Source: an uncultured Gemmatimonadales bacterium | Lineage (GTDB): Bacteria; Gemmatimonadota; Gemmatimonadetes; Gemmatimonadales; Gemmatimonadaceae | NCBI GenBank assembly: GCA_963707505.1 | Contig: CAVPQB010000006.1 | Span: 320,001 to 384,000, forward strand | Length of the DNA stretch: 64,000 nt | Reading direction: 5' to 3' | The notes under the pieces: generated by a model | The model's input: only the letters and a program-made list of their open reading frames with translations | The model's database searches: none | Told to the model about the DNA's origin: nothing | Made by a program: the position numbers and the translations under genes | In this document: piece by piece, positions 1-10,864 of the stretch | How positions within the stretch are numbered: position 1 is the stretch's first letter | How the letters are laid out: each line of letters begins with the position of its first letter

Positions 1-1256
1 ACAATCTGCCAGTAGCCGATTTCGTTCTCGTGATTCCTTCCGGGGCGACTGCGAACCCTGCGGACCGGGCCGGTGCTGCGGATCTCGTCGCGAACATGCT
101 GACGGAAGGGACGACCAGTCGCAGCGCGCTGCAGATCGCGGATCAAACCGCTTATCTGGGCATCTCGTTATTCAGCTCGAGCGGATGGGACGCGACTACG
201 GTTCGACTGTCGACACCGACGGCGCAACTGGACAGTGCGCTGGCGTTGTTTGCCGATGTGGTGCTGCGTCCTTCGTTCCCACCGACCGAGTTTGCGCGTG
301 TGAAGCAGGAGCGGCTCACCGCGCTGCTCCAGGTAAAGGACAGAGGTCCAGCTATAGCGAGCCTGGTGTATCCAACGCTTCTGTACGGAAAGGACAATCC
401 TTACGGTCGCTCGGCGGTAGGCACTGATGCGTCGGTTGGCGCAATGACTGCGACGGATCTCAGCACTTTCTACCATCGGCATTTCGCTCCGAACGGTGCA
501 ACGCTCGTAGCTGTGGGCGATGTGACGCCGGCCGAGGTGGAACGGAAGGTAAGCGCGTTATTCAGCGGATGGGCGCGCGAGACTGTACCGACCACGGATG
601 TGGGTGCTGGTCTTCCTGCACCGGCGACGACGATTTATCTGATAGACAAGCCGGGCGCTGCGCAGTCGTCGTTCAGGATCGGCTCCCTGGGGGTCGCACG
701 GTCGACAGCTGACTACTTTCCGATCGAGGTGATGAACACGGCGCTCGGCGGATCATTCACCAGTCGTCTGAACCAGGTGCTACGCGAGGACAAGGGTTAT
801 ACGTATGGCGCGTCGTCCAGATTCGACATGCGGAAGTATGGCGGGCTGTTCGTCGCATCCGCCGAGATTGTATCGGCAAAGTCGGATTCCGCTCTAGTAG
901 ATTTCATGAAGCAATTGAAGGGCATTCGCGATACGATCCCGGCGACCGAGCTGAGCAAGACAAAGCGCTACCTCCAACTGGAGCTACCAAGCGCGTTCGA
1001 AACCACGGGCGAGATTGCGATGCGTTTGGGAGACGTCGCGCTATACGGGCTGCCGCTCGACTACTACAATCACGTTGTCGATCAGATCGGTGCAGTTACA
1101 CAGGATGAAGTGCAGCAAGTCGCGGAGAAATACATCGACCCCTCGCATCTGACAGTGTTGATCGTGGGAGACAGAAAAACAATCGAAGGGCCAATCAAAG
1201 CGCTCAACATCGGACCGATCGTATTTCGTGATACGAACGGCAATCCGATTCAATAG
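1..1256 (+). CDS. M16 family (pitrilysin-like) peptidase, non-catalytic-type subunit; 5' end lies outside the window
   Basis: Motifs LGGSFTSRLNQVLREDKGYTYG and DKPGAAQS. No HxxEH at the expected position (ADLVANML). The frame appears open to the window edge. Confidence 0.85.
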   Translation, partial: NLPVADFVLVIPSGATANPADRAGAADLVANMLTEGTTSRSALQIADQTAYLGISLFSSSGWDATTVRLSTPTAQLDSALALFADVVLRPSFPPTEFARVKQERLTALLQVKDRGPAIASLVYPTLLYGKDNPYGRSAVGTDASVGAMTATDLSTFYHRHFAPNGATLVAVGDVTPAEVERKVSALFSGWARETVPTTDVGAGLPAPATTIYLIDKPGAAQSSFRIGSLGVARSTADYFPIEVMNTALGGSFTSRLNQVLREDKGYTYGASSRFDMRKYGGLFVASAEIVSAKSDSALVDFMKQLKGIRDTIPATELSKTKRYLQLELPSAFETTGEIAMRLGDVALYGLPLDYYNHVVDQIGAVTQDEVQQVAEKYIDPSHLTVLIVGDRKTIEGPIKALNIGPIVFRDTNGNPIQ

Positions 1257-1279
1257 TCAGTGAGTGTCGAGGAGCATAA

Positions 1280-1816
1280 ATGTCGAGGAGAATTGCCTCA
1301 GGGATAGCCGTAATGTCACTGCTCCTGGCGGGGGCGTGTAAGCAGGCTGAGAATTCGCACGCACCGCCGCGAAGCGCATCTGCACCAGCAGGAGCTGTTG
1401 CGGCATCTGGCGACAGTGTGGCGATTCGAACGACGGACGGTGCCATACAGCTCGGGCTGGCGCGCGACACCGTCTACATGGGACTTACGGATTCGGTGCT
1501 AGCTCTGGCGCGGACGGACATGGCGCGCGACACGGAAGAAACCAGGAGCGTCATCGCCGGCACAATCGAGCGATTCGTCAAGAAGCGTGTGAGCTCCGCG
1601 TTGCAGACGCGACTGAAGTATCCGCTTGCCGATCTGGACAGTGTTACCTACAGCGGCGGGGCTATCAAGTTCGCGTATCGGGACAAGCGGCGGATGGGAT
1701 TCGAAGATGTAAGTCAGAACGGTCACAAGGCATTGCAGTCCTTCACTCCGGATGACGCGCGACACTTCGTCAGCGTAGTCAACTCCGCCATTCGTGAGAC
1801 CCGGGGTACCTTCTAA
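1280..1816 (+). CDS. Hypothetical lipoprotein
   Basis: SD GAGGAG. Signal peptide ending in lipobox LAGAC. Stop overlaps the next start. Confidence 0.7.
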   Translation: MSRRIASGIAVMSLLLAGACKQAENSHAPPRSASAPAGAVAASGDSVAIRTTDGAIQLGLARDTVYMGLTDSVLALARTDMARDTEETRSVIAGTIERFVKKRVSSALQTRLKYPLADLDSVTYSGGAIKFAYRDKRRMGFEDVSQNGHKALQSFTPDDARHFVSVVNSAIRETRGTF

Positions 1817-2358
1817 TGACATCGATGATTCAGGATATGCGGTACCCGATCGGACGGTTCAAGTACGACGGTGACTCGTCCCGTGAAGCAATAGATCGCT
1901 CGATTGCCGACATCGCCGCATTGCCGGGGCTGCTGCGCGCATCAGTCAATGGATTGAATGCTGATCAACTGAACACGCCATATCGTGAGGGAGGCTGGAC
2001 GGTAACGGAAGTGGTGCATCACGTTCCTGACAGTCACATGAATGCGTACGTACGCTGCAAGCTTGCTCTAACTGAGCAATCACCGACGGTGAAGCCATAT
2101 GACGAGGCTGCCTGGTCCAAGCTTGGCGACGTAAGGGCTGTGCCGATAGACGTATCACTCGTACTCCTCGAAACTCTACACACGCGATGGGTGACGCTAT
2201 TACAGTCCTTATCAGATGCGGAGTTCGAGCGCAGCTACATTCATCCTGAGCAGCAGCGTATGGTGCCACTACGAGAAGTTGTAGCGTTGTATGCGTGGCA
2301 TGGCCGGCATCATACGGCGCACATATCGTCATTGCGAGAGCGAAACGGGTGGGCCTGA
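1816..2358 (+). CDS. yfiT: YfiT/BstA family bacillithiol transferase (DinB superfamily)
   Basis: Motifs RYPIGRF, TPYREGGWT..VVHH.PDSH.NAY.R.KLALTE and YAWHGRHH. Confidence 0.9.
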   Translation: MTSMIQDMRYPIGRFKYDGDSSREAIDRSIADIAALPGLLRASVNGLNADQLNTPYREGGWTVTEVVHHVPDSHMNAYVRCKLALTEQSPTVKPYDEAAWSKLGDVRAVPIDVSLVLLETLHTRWVTLLQSLSDAEFERSYIHPEQQRMVPLREVVALYAWHGRHHTAHISSLRERNGWA

Positions 2359-4325
2359 CGCAGCGATTTGCGTTGGCTGTCGTTGCATTACTGTTCGCAA
2401 CGTCCTCGCCCGGTATCGCGCAGGGCATCAAAGTTCCCTCAGTAGCTCCAACTTCAGCTGACGATTCTCTCTATCGCCTCGTGGTCGATCCGGCGACGCA
2501 CGAGGGCGAGACCACACATCCGATTGCAGATCTTACGACGATAACCGTCGAGACCGACGGGCGCGTTCTCAAGACATTCCGACGGGTCATTCAGGTTCTG
2601 ACGGACGCTGGCGCATCACAGTTGCGCGAACAGCAGTTTGGTTACGTGCCAGGACATCAGAGCTTCAACGTGCACTGGATTCGCGTGGTGCGGCCGGATG
2701 GAACAGTCATCAGTGCGGCTCCGACGCAGATTCAGGAGTCCGACGTTCCAGCACCCGTATCGACGGCGCCGATCTACAGTGATCAAAAAATCGTGCGCAT
2801 GTCTCTCTCCGGCGTTGCAGTCGGGACCATTCTGGATGTGGAATTCACGGTCGAGGAACGCAAGCCAGTATTGAAGGATGACTTTGCGCAGACATACGTA
2901 TTCACACCTGGCGTATCGATAGGAAGAGCTCGACTCGTTCTGGATGTGCCGTCTTCGACAAAGCCTCTGATCAGAGAGGAAAATCTCGATTTCAAGCGGA
3001 TCACAAATACATCGGGCGGGCGAACGCGGTATCTGTGGTCCCGCGACACGACGCCAAAGGTTCGCGCGGAGCCGTTCGCCTCCGACTCGAATGGTGTGGT
3101 GATGCGCGTTCGTATCGGTGGTCCGCTAAGCTGGAACGATGTCTCTCACTGGTACGCGGATCTCGCACGTGACCGATACAAGGCGACAGCCACACTCAGC
3201 AGAACTGTGGACTCCCTTGTAGCAGCTGCGAAGACGCGAGACGATTCCATTCGAGCCGTTCACAAATGGGTCGCTCAGGACATCAGATATGTTGGCATAG
3301 AACTCGGAATCGGCGGCTATCAACCGCGAATGCCTGATACTGTGATAGCTACAGGTTACGGTGACTGCAAGGACAAGGCTACGTTGTTCGTCGCAGCACT
3401 AACTCATCTTGGCATACGTGCGTATCCCGTGTTATTGAGCATCAGTGCAACCGCTCAGCGCGATCTGCCGACACCGCAGCAGTTCAATCATGAGATTGCG
3501 GCTGTCGCGCTCATCTCCGGTGGGTATCAGTTTGTAGATCTCACGTCTTCGTTCAACGCGTATGGGGAGTTACCACGCAGCATTCAGGGCGGGTTCGGTC
3601 TCCTGGTTTTCCCTGATGGGCGGAATGAAGAAGTAACGATTCCGGTCGACGCGCCGGCGTCGGATGTTCAGACTACGAGAATCACCGGAACGTTATCAGC
3701 TGATGGGAAATTCGAAGGCCACTATGTAGAAACGGCTGTGGGATCTATCGCGGCTGCAATGCGGGCATCGTTTGCATCACCGCTGGATTCTACACAACGA
3801 GCGGATGCCGCACGCAGGGTTGCACGCAAGTATTTTTCGAACGCTGATGGAGATTCGCTGTTGGCGTTCAACGGGAAGGATTATGCTGCGCCAGCCCACG
3901 TGAGCGTCCGAATTACCAATGCGGACGCGACGACCAAAGCAGGCACGGTGGAGCTGCTGAACAACCCATTCGCCAGTTTCGCAAAAATGACGACGGCGGC
4001 CGACGACATTGCGCGCCTTCCGACTCGGCGTTTCCCGATCGACGCATCGAGGATCGTAGGACGATTGACCGGAATCTCGGAGTTTCGTGTGACACTCCCT
4101 GCGGGCTGGCGCGCTCGCCTTCCAGTCAATGTGTCGGCGACGAGTGTATTCGGCAGCTATACGGCGACATACTCTCAGGACGGCCGCGATCTGGTCATCG
4201 ATCGCCGCATCGTCGGCGGAACGGGAATATTCCCGCCGAGTCGTGTGGATGACCTTGTAGCCTGGTTGCGCGCAATTGGTCGTGATGACACGAAGTTCAT
4301 CGTGCTGGAGAAGCCGACGAACTGA
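2349..4325 (+). CDS. Secreted DUF3857 plus transglutaminase-like domain protein
   Basis: Motifs IRYVGIELGIGGYQP, YGDCKDKATL (catalytic Cys) and FNHEI. Signal peptide after GTG 2349 (start inferred). Confidence 0.85.
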   Translation: MGLTQRFALAVVALLFATSSPGIAQGIKVPSVAPTSADDSLYRLVVDPATHEGETTHPIADLTTITVETDGRVLKTFRRVIQVLTDAGASQLREQQFGYVPGHQSFNVHWIRVVRPDGTVISAAPTQIQESDVPAPVSTAPIYSDQKIVRMSLSGVAVGTILDVEFTVEERKPVLKDDFAQTYVFTPGVSIGRARLVLDVPSSTKPLIREENLDFKRITNTSGGRTRYLWSRDTTPKVRAEPFASDSNGVVMRVRIGGPLSWNDVSHWYADLARDRYKATATLSRTVDSLVAAAKTRDDSIRAVHKWVAQDIRYVGIELGIGGYQPRMPDTVIATGYGDCKDKATLFVAALTHLGIRAYPVLLSISATAQRDLPTPQQFNHEIAAVALISGGYQFVDLTSSFNAYGELPRSIQGGFGLLVFPDGRNEEVTIPVDAPASDVQTTRITGTLSADGKFEGHYVETAVGSIAAAMRASFASPLDSTQRADAARRVARKYFSNADGDSLLAFNGKDYAAPAHVSVRITNADATTKAGTVELLNNPFASFAKMTTAADDIARLPTRRFPIDASRIVGRLTGISEFRVTLPAGWRARLPVNVSATSVFGSYTATYSQDGRDLVIDRRIVGGTGIFPPSRVDDLVAWLRAIGRDDTKFIVLEKPTN

Positions 4326-4353
4326 AAGATCCGGCTGAACCCCGTATCTCGTC

Positions 4354-5139
4354 TCAGCTGATTTGAGAGACCGGAGGAACGTCCGGCGTGGAGGTGACTT
4401 GTGTGCCTTCCGCAAGGAGAGGGGCGACGAAATTGAAACTGTCCAGGATCAGTTTGCCAACCGGGCCCTGGCTCTGGTCCACGTCGAAGCGCGTGACTGA
4501 GCAATTGGCTACCTCGTTCTCGCGATCGATTTTCAGTATCTCTTCCTCGGTGAGGCTTTCGACGATGTAGCGCATGCAGAGCACCACGACCGAGTGCGCT
4601 ACGACGAGAATGCGTTCGCCATGGTACTCCCGACACATCATCTCGAAGGCGCTTCTCAGCCGTAGAATCACGTCGCACCAACTCTCGCCACCCGGCGGGC
4701 GGTGGTAGAACTTTCCGAGTGATGTACGGAACGCAGCCTGTTCCGGAAAACGCTCGGCGATTCCGTACCGTGTCAGACCATCCAGAATTCCGAACTCCTT
4801 TTCGCGAAAACGCTCATCTACCAGGAGGCTCGTGACGTCACTCGCGTACGGGAAATCGCCCAGCTCCTTGATTATGGCTGTGGTCTGTCGGGCGCGGACG
4901 TAGGGAGAGGTGATGACGACCGTGGGCCGCTGGCTTTCAGGCAGTGCGCCGAACCAGTGGCCGAGCGCCGTGGCCTGACGCTCGCCGAGCGGAGAAAGGG
5001 GGACATCGACATCACGGGATGAGGACCTACGTATGACAGGCTCACGTGCCGCATTTGCCTCATCGCGCGCCACGTTGCCGGCCGATTCGCCGTGTCGCAC
5101 CATGAACAGAGTGCGTGGCCAGACAGATGCATCGGTCAT
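4354..5139 (-). CDS. Histidine phosphatase (phosphoglycerate mutase-like) family protein
   Basis: Motifs VRHGES.GN, SPYVRARQT, PPGGESW and VAH. Confidence 0.9.
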   Translation of the reverse strand: MTDASVWPRTLFMVRHGESAGNVARDEANAAREPVIRRSSSRDVDVPLSPLGERQATALGHWFGALPESQRPTVVITSPYVRARQTTAIIKELGDFPYASDVTSLLVDERFREKEFGILDGLTRYGIAERFPEQAAFRTSLGKFYHRPPGGESWCDVILRLRSAFEMMCREYHGERILVVAHSVVVLCMRYIVESLTEEEILKIDRENEVANCSVTRFDVDQSQGPVGKLILDSFNFVAPLLAEGTQVTSTPDVPPVSQIS

Positions 5140-5209
5140 TCTGAAGAGGTTGCCAGGGGAAGAAGTAAGGGTGGATACATTCTATATTACCCGGAAACCA
5201 ATCACTGTC

Positions 5210-6536
5210 ATGCGTATTCCGATAGAGACATTCCGGCTCGGGAACGGTTTACTGGTAACGCTCTCCGAGGATCACACCGCGCCAATCGTAGCGGTGAATT
5301 TGTGGTATCACGTGGGCTCGGCGAATGAGCGTCCCGGGCGTACGGGCTTCGCCCATCTGTTCGAGCACATGTTGTTCCAGGGGTCGGAGCATGTGGGGGC
5401 GAATGAGCATTTCGAGCTGGTGCAACGCGCCGGCGGAACGCTCAATGGATCTACATGGCTGGACCGGACGAACTACTTCGAGACCGTGCCTTCCAATCAG
5501 CTGGCAATAGCGCTGTGGCTCGAGGCGGACCGAATGGGTGCCCTGCTGCCGGCTATGACTCAGCAGAAGCTCGACACACAGCGCGACGTCGTTTCGAATG
5601 AGAGGCGCTGGTCCGTCGACAATCAGCCTTATGGTACGTGGTGGGAAAAACTTCCGGCGCTCACCTACCCCGACCCGCATCCGTTCCATCACTCTCTGAT
5701 CGGATCGTTCGAGGATCTGAATGCCGCGTCGTTGGACGATATCGCGCATTTTTTTGCGACCTACTACACACCAGACAATGCCGTGTTGACCATCGCGGGT
5801 GATTTTGATCCGCGAGAAGCACGCGAGCTGGTGCAGTCGTACTTCGCGGCGATCCCACGCGGCAGGGGCAAGCCTGCGCTTCCGGACATGTCGCTACCAG
5901 CAACATTCGGCGGCACGTTGCGTGAGGTGGTGAAGGATGATGTAAGTCTTCCACGTCTGTACCTGGCTTTCCGTTCGCCGGCATTTGGAAGCAGCGAGTA
6001 TTACGCCGCGTCGGTGGCCGGGGCAATTCTCGGGATGCGTAAGGGGAGCAGATTGCAGCGTGCGCTGGTACGCGAGCGCGAAGTCGCAACTGACGCGGCC
6101 GCGTTCACGTTCGATTTACCGAAGGGCGCCGACATTCTGGTGGTCGATGTCACGGCGCGGCCGGGTATCACGCCGGAGCACCTGGAGCAGGAAGTAGTCG
6201 AGGGAGATCGACCGCATACGATTCGACGGTGTGACGCAGAACGAGGTAGATCGCGCAATCTCGCTCATCGGCACCGATTTCGTGGTGTCGATGCAACAGG
6301 CATCCGAGCGTGCCGATCAACTGTCACGTTTTGCCACGTACTTCGGCGATCCATCGTTCATCAATGATCAGATGAGCCGTTACCGCTCCGTCACCGTGGA
6401 AGATATAGACCGATTCGCTGCAACGCGATTGGGTGAGGATAACCGCGCCTTCCTGATGTATGTACCGCGTGGTGATGGTGAAAATGCAGAGTCGCAAAAC
6501 ACGGTCGGCACCGATGCTGCTCTGGTGACGGCATGA
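5210..6536 (+). CDS. M16 family peptidase, catalytic subunit; frameshift near 6200-6204
   Basis: WYHVGS.NE.PGRTGFAHLFEH contains HxxEH. The C-terminus continues in ORF 6231-6536. Removing one G from AGGGAG restores EIDRIRFDGVTQNEVDR. Confidence 0.85.
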
Positions 6537-7882
6537 CGATAGCCACACGTCCACAGCCCGGTCCGGCGCGCGAGTATCATTTTCCGTCGTTCGAGCGTCG
6601 CTCGCTATCCAACGGACTCACGCTGCTCGTTGCACCAGCGCATAGCCTGCCCGTAGTCACGGTTCTTGCCATAGTTGACGCAGGCGCTGTTGCGGAGCCA
6701 TCCGGCCAGGAAGGAGTTGCGCATCTCGCAGCGCTCGCGCTCAACGAGGGGACGCCGAAGTATGACGGCGAAGCGCTCACGGAGTATCTGGAGCGACTCG
6801 GTACCTCGGTCGGCGGATCAGCAGGGTGGGATTCGGCGTCACTTGCAATGACGGTATTGCGTGACAATCTCGAAAACGCGTTCGTGCATTTCGCCGAAGT
6901 TCTCGTCACGCCGACATTTCCCACAGCAGCGATCGAGCGACTCAAGGGTGAACGAATTGCCGAGCTGATGCAGATCGAGTCCGAACCGCGCGAGCTTGCC
7001 GATGAGAAATTCGACGAGTACATCTACGAAGTCACATCGCGCTTTCGCCTTCCACTCGGCGGCACGCGGCAATCGGTAAATAGTCTTACGCGTGACGAGG
7101 TTGTAGCGTTTCACGCGTCGAGATATCAGCCATCCGCGACGACGCTGATCGTCGTTGGCGACGTGAACATGACTGAAGTCGAGAGCATGGTAAGCGGCGA
7201 GTTGAATGGTTGGAGTGGAGCTGCAGTGCCGTCGTCGAAAGCGAACGACAGACCTGTTCGAGCGTCGCGCGCTGTAAGGATCGTGCGGAAGGAAGACGCT
7301 CCGCAATCCGAGGTACGTATCGGGCACGTGGGCCTTCCCCGCACTCATCCGGATTATTTCTCGATAACCGTGATGAACGCTGTGATGGGCGGCCTGTTCT
7401 CCTCTCGCATCAATCTCAATCTGCGCGAAGCGCATGGTTACACGTACGGCGCATCGTCATCGTTCGATTGGCGGCGCGAGGCGGGTCCGTTCGTCATCGG
7501 CACCGCAGTCGCCAGCGACGTGACCGTGCCCGCAATTCAGGAGACGCTCAAGGAGATCGATCGAATGCGCGCCGAGCCGATCAGTGAGAGCGAGTTATCA
7601 CTCGCGACAAGCTATCTCGAAGGCGTTTTTCCCATTCGATACGAGACCACCGCCGCCATTGCTGCCGCACTTGCGACACTTGCAATATACGATCTGCCTT
7701 CTGACTGGTACGACAGCTATCGTGCGCGGATGGGTGCTGTGACAGTGGACGATGTGCTAGCGGCTGCCCGTGCCTACGTGCATCCAGATTCGTTGCAGAT
7801 CGTGATTGTAGGCGACGCTGGCGCCATTCGGGAGCCGCTTGAAGCACTCGCGTTCGGTCCTGTAGATGTCGTGAATCCGTAG
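6533..7882 (+). CDS. M16 family peptidase, non-catalytic-type subunit
   Basis: GGLFSSRINLNLREAHGYTYG. Lacks HxxEH. ATGA overlap with the upstream M16 gene. Confidence 0.88.
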   Translation: MTIATRPQPGPAREYHFPSFERRSLSNGLTLLVAPAHSLPVVTVLAIVDAGAVAEPSGQEGVAHLAALALNEGTPKYDGEALTEYLERLGTSVGGSAGWDSASLAMTVLRDNLENAFVHFAEVLVTPTFPTAAIERLKGERIAELMQIESEPRELADEKFDEYIYEVTSRFRLPLGGTRQSVNSLTRDEVVAFHASRYQPSATTLIVVGDVNMTEVESMVSGELNGWSGAAVPSSKANDRPVRASRAVRIVRKEDAPQSEVRIGHVGLPRTHPDYFSITVMNAVMGGLFSSRINLNLREAHGYTYGASSSFDWRREAGPFVIGTAVASDVTVPAIQETLKEIDRMRAEPISESELSLATSYLEGVFPIRYETTAAIAAALATLAIYDLPSDWYDSYRARMGAVTVDDVLAAARAYVHPDSLQIVIVGDAGAIREPLEALAFGPVDVVNP

Positions 7883-7914
7883 AACGTCAACAGAACGTCA
7901 ACCATCCGATCTCA

Positions 7915-8463
7915 ATGTCCGATCCACTGATTGCATCACACCGCATCTACACCGGCAAGGTGGTATCCCTGGATGTGGATCAGGTTCGCTTTCCCGATGG
8001 GACGACGGGTGAAATGGAGATCATCCGTCATTCCGGTGCGGCTGCGATTCTGCCATTCCTCACCGATCCGGCTGGAGAAGATCCACAGATCATGCTGCTC
8101 AGGCAATACAGATATGCTGCCGGTGGCTATCTGTACGAAGTGCCGGCTGGAAAGCTGGAGAAGGACGAGAGTCCCAAGGATTGTGCCGAGCGCGAATTAC
8201 GTGAAGAGACCGGCTGCAGCGCGCAGCGCATCGAGCCGATGTTCAGCTTCCTAACGACGCCGGGTTTCACGGATGAGGTAATTCACTCATTCATGGCGAC
8301 TGGATTGACGACCGGTGAGAAGCACCTCGAAGCAGACGAGTTCAGCGAGGTCGTGACGTTCAAATTGTCGCAGGCACTGAGGATGATTCAGACCAACGAG
8401 ATCCGCGATGCGAAGACTGCGTTGATAATTCTGTACGCGGCTGGCTTCGGCGCCGAGTTGTAG
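7915..8463 (+). CDS. NUDIX hydrolase, ADP-ribose pyrophosphatase-like
   Basis: Intact Nudix box EVPAGKLE.....CAERELREETG, plus TPGFTDE and DAKT. Confidence 0.9.
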   Translation: MSDPLIASHRIYTGKVVSLDVDQVRFPDGTTGEMEIIRHSGAAAILPFLTDPAGEDPQIMLLRQYRYAAGGYLYEVPAGKLEKDESPKDCAERELREETGCSAQRIEPMFSFLTTPGFTDEVIHSFMATGLTTGEKHLEADEFSEVVTFKLSQALRMIQTNEIRDAKTALIILYAAGFGAEL

Positions 8464-8490
8464 TAGAAAGCGCTCAACCCAACATCGCCG

Positions 8491-8829
8491 TCATATCACG
8501 TCTTCCTCGCTCGTGACGAGAAACTGCGTCTGATCCATGTCCGCGAAGATACGCTCGTCGGGAGCGACTATCGCCAGGTAATCTGGATCGGAGAAAAAAG
8601 CGTTCTTGTCCTCCACTGAATCGAACCAGAGCTCCGCTGTACCATCGTAGGCGGGATTGCCATCAGCGTATTCGGTGTCGAGGGTGTGTGCCTGTACATA
8701 GCGCCGGATATATCTCGACGTGGCGGAAATCGAGCGTACCTTCGCAGCGTGCTCGGTGCGCCAGTATCTGTGAAATTCTTCGGGCGACATGGTGGTATTA
8801 CGCTTTATGACGACAATCAACTTGATCAC
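8491..8829 (-). CDS. EthD domain protein
   Basis: Motifs MSPEEF.RYW...HA, RRYVQ.H, YDG.AELWFDS and DE..FAD. Confidence 0.85.
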   Translation of the reverse strand: MIKLIVVIKRNTTMSPEEFHRYWRTEHAAKVRSISATSRYIRRYVQAHTLDTEYADGNPAYDGTAELWFDSVEDKNAFFSDPDYLAIVAPDERIFADMDQTQFLVTSEEDVI

Positions 8830-10830
8830 TTACACTCCGTGTGACGGATACGATGCGATGCCTGATTCCAACACTTCGTCGGTCTGATGCGGTAGCCAGA
8901 GCGTGAATGTAGAGCCGTGTTGTGGCCGGCTTTCGACTGTGATGTCGCCGCCCATCATTCGGGCGAGATGACGACTGATCGAGAGACCCAAACCGGCACC
9001 ACTCTTCTGGCGCGTGTACGGATTACCGCTGTCCGCCTCGAGCTGTGTGAACGGTTGAAATAGCTTGTCGAGCTTCTCCTGATCGATCCCGATTCCGGTA
9101 TCCGCTACGCGTATCGCTACATACATCGAGTCGCGATCCATGATCGCGTTTGCGGCTACGGGCTTCGACAGTGAGCACGTGATCAGAATCTCGCCACCAG
9201 AATTGGTGAACTTCACGGCGTTGGAGAGAAGATTGGCCAGTGCCTGACGCACACCGCGCTCGTCACCTCTGTACGCCGATGCGGCAGGATCACTGGCGCT
9301 GATTACAATCCTGATATGCTTGGCCGTAGCCTGAGGCTCCACAAGCGCTACAGCGGCATCGATCGATGGTCGCGTCTCGACATGTGCTGTACGCATCTGC
9401 ATTGTGCCGGACTCGATCCTGGACAGGTCGAGCACGTCGTTGATCAGCGCAAGCAGGTGGCTGCTGCTGGTCCTGATGCGGCGCAGGTTCTCGTGCTGCT
9501 TGGCGTTGAGCGGGCCGGAAATGCCAAGGTCGAGAATATCAGCGTAACCAATGATGGCGTTGATCGGTGTTCTGATCTCATGAGACATCGTGGCGAGGAA
9601 GTTGGATTTCGCCTGGCTTGCGCTCACCGCCACTTCCCTTGCCTGATCCAGCTCATCCGCCAATCGGTGTGCTTCCTGAACCTGCCCCGCCAGTCGCGCC
9701 TGCGAAGCCGCGACTTCGCCAGCCATTTCGTTGAACGAGGTGCCGAGGCGTCCAACTTCGTCGGTATTCTGAACGGCAACGCGCGCAGAATAGTCTCCAC
9801 GCGCCATCGATGTGGCAGCACGTGTAAGATCGACAAGTGGTCCTACCGCACCGCGAATCAACAGCCATGATACGGCTGCTGCAGCGATCAGGAGCAGCGA
9901 GCTCAACAGTGTGAACCTCATGAGCATCGATTTCGCGGGAGCGACCACCGCTGCGTGCTCGACCTCCAGCACCAACATCCACGGCGTTCCGTCAATCGGA
10001 AGAGCAGTCGCGAGCACAGTACCGTGTTGCGCGTGCTCGTATGACACGACGCCAAGCGTATCTGTCGCGGTCGCCCGGAAAAGCGCCGGAGCATTGATTG
10101 GAGCAGCGGTCGGAATTCCGCCGATCGTGCTCCAGAACGCGCCGCTATCGTTGCGGAAATATGCAGCCGTGTGATCGCCGATCAATCCATTGATCTGCCG
10201 ATCGGCATTCGGACGGGATTTGATGCGTGCCTGTTCCGCGATCCAGCCAACACGCTTGCCGCCATCGAGCACCGCCACGGTCATCCAGTAGTAGACCTGA
10301 TTGTCGTGACTTGCGAAGAACGGCAGAAATTGCGCGTTGTTACCCTTCGGCATCGTGGTCTGCGGCACGCCATTTCCCGGAATTGGAAAGGACTGATGAG
10401 TATCGCCGATATTGCCCGGTGTCGCGGGAGGGCCACCAATACTATCAATCAGCTGCCCGTCCGCTGACCAGAGCTCTATTGCAAGCGTCGAGTCACCGGG
10501 GAGGACCAGCCGGTGCAGTGCAGCGTATGCCTCGGTGTGATTCGGTGCGCCGGCTGTCGTGCCAAGACGCGAAGTCGACGACGTGGCTGCGCGTCTGACA
10601 GCAGGCGATTCAGCGGTCTCGCGCAGTAATTTTGCGCGCTGAGTTACCGATAACGAGGACAGTGACGCAAGTTGCCGGGACGCTGTCTGAATGCGCGCAC
10701 CCGCCGCGAGCTCTGCAGATTGGCGAACCTCGCGATACGCCAGGCCCACAGAGGTTGCCAGTGTCGCGACGAGAACCGCAATGACGAGCAGTGGGAGCTT
10801 TCGCTCCAGGGACATATTCCGGATGGACAT
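8830..10830 (-). CDS. Membrane sensor histidine kinase (HAMP-HisKA-HATPase, no receiver domain)
   Basis: Two TM segments, HAMP (DEVGRLG.SFN.M), H-box MSHEIRTP, and N/G boxes NLLSNAVKFT, DTGIG, GAGLGLSI. Confidence 0.93.
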   Translation of the reverse strand: MSIRNMSLERKLPLLVIAVLVATLATSVGLAYREVRQSAELAAGARIQTASRQLASLSSLSVTQRAKLLRETAESPAVRRAATSSTSRLGTTAGAPNHTEAYAALHRLVLPGDSTLAIELWSADGQLIDSIGGPPATPGNIGDTHQSFPIPGNGVPQTTMPKGNNAQFLPFFASHDNQVYYWMTVAVLDGGKRVGWIAEQARIKSRPNADRQINGLIGDHTAAYFRNDSGAFWSTIGGIPTAAPINAPALFRATATDTLGVVSYEHAQHGTVLATALPIDGTPWMLVLEVEHAAVVAPAKSMLMRFTLLSSLLLIAAAAVSWLLIRGAVGPLVDLTRAATSMARGDYSARVAVQNTDEVGRLGTSFNEMAGEVAASQARLAGQVQEAHRLADELDQAREVAVSASQAKSNFLATMSHEIRTPINAIIGYADILDLGISGPLNAKQHENLRRIRTSSSHLLALINDVLDLSRIESGTMQMRTAHVETRPSIDAAVALVEPQATAKHIRIVISASDPAASAYRGDERGVRQALANLLSNAVKFTNSGGEILITCSLSKPVAANAIMDRDSMYVAIRVADTGIGIDQEKLDKLFQPFTQLEADSGNPYTRQKSGAGLGLSISRHLARMMGGDITVESRPQHGSTFTLWLPHQTDEVLESGIASYPSHGV

Positions 10831-10864
10831 GGCGGGGAGGATGAGAAGTTATCCCCCCTGCGTG

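Noticed and set aside
2100..3900. Apparently more A/T-ending codons, suggesting horizontal acquisition
   Set aside because: Impression only and not computed. No mobility genes or boundaries are visible, and the genes are in a continuous operon.
6195..6235. Programmed frameshift in the M16 peptidase (and in the SPOR protein at about 15780)
   Set aside because: No slippery heptamer or stimulatory structure is evident, and similar indels are scattered across unrelated genes, which points to sequencing error.
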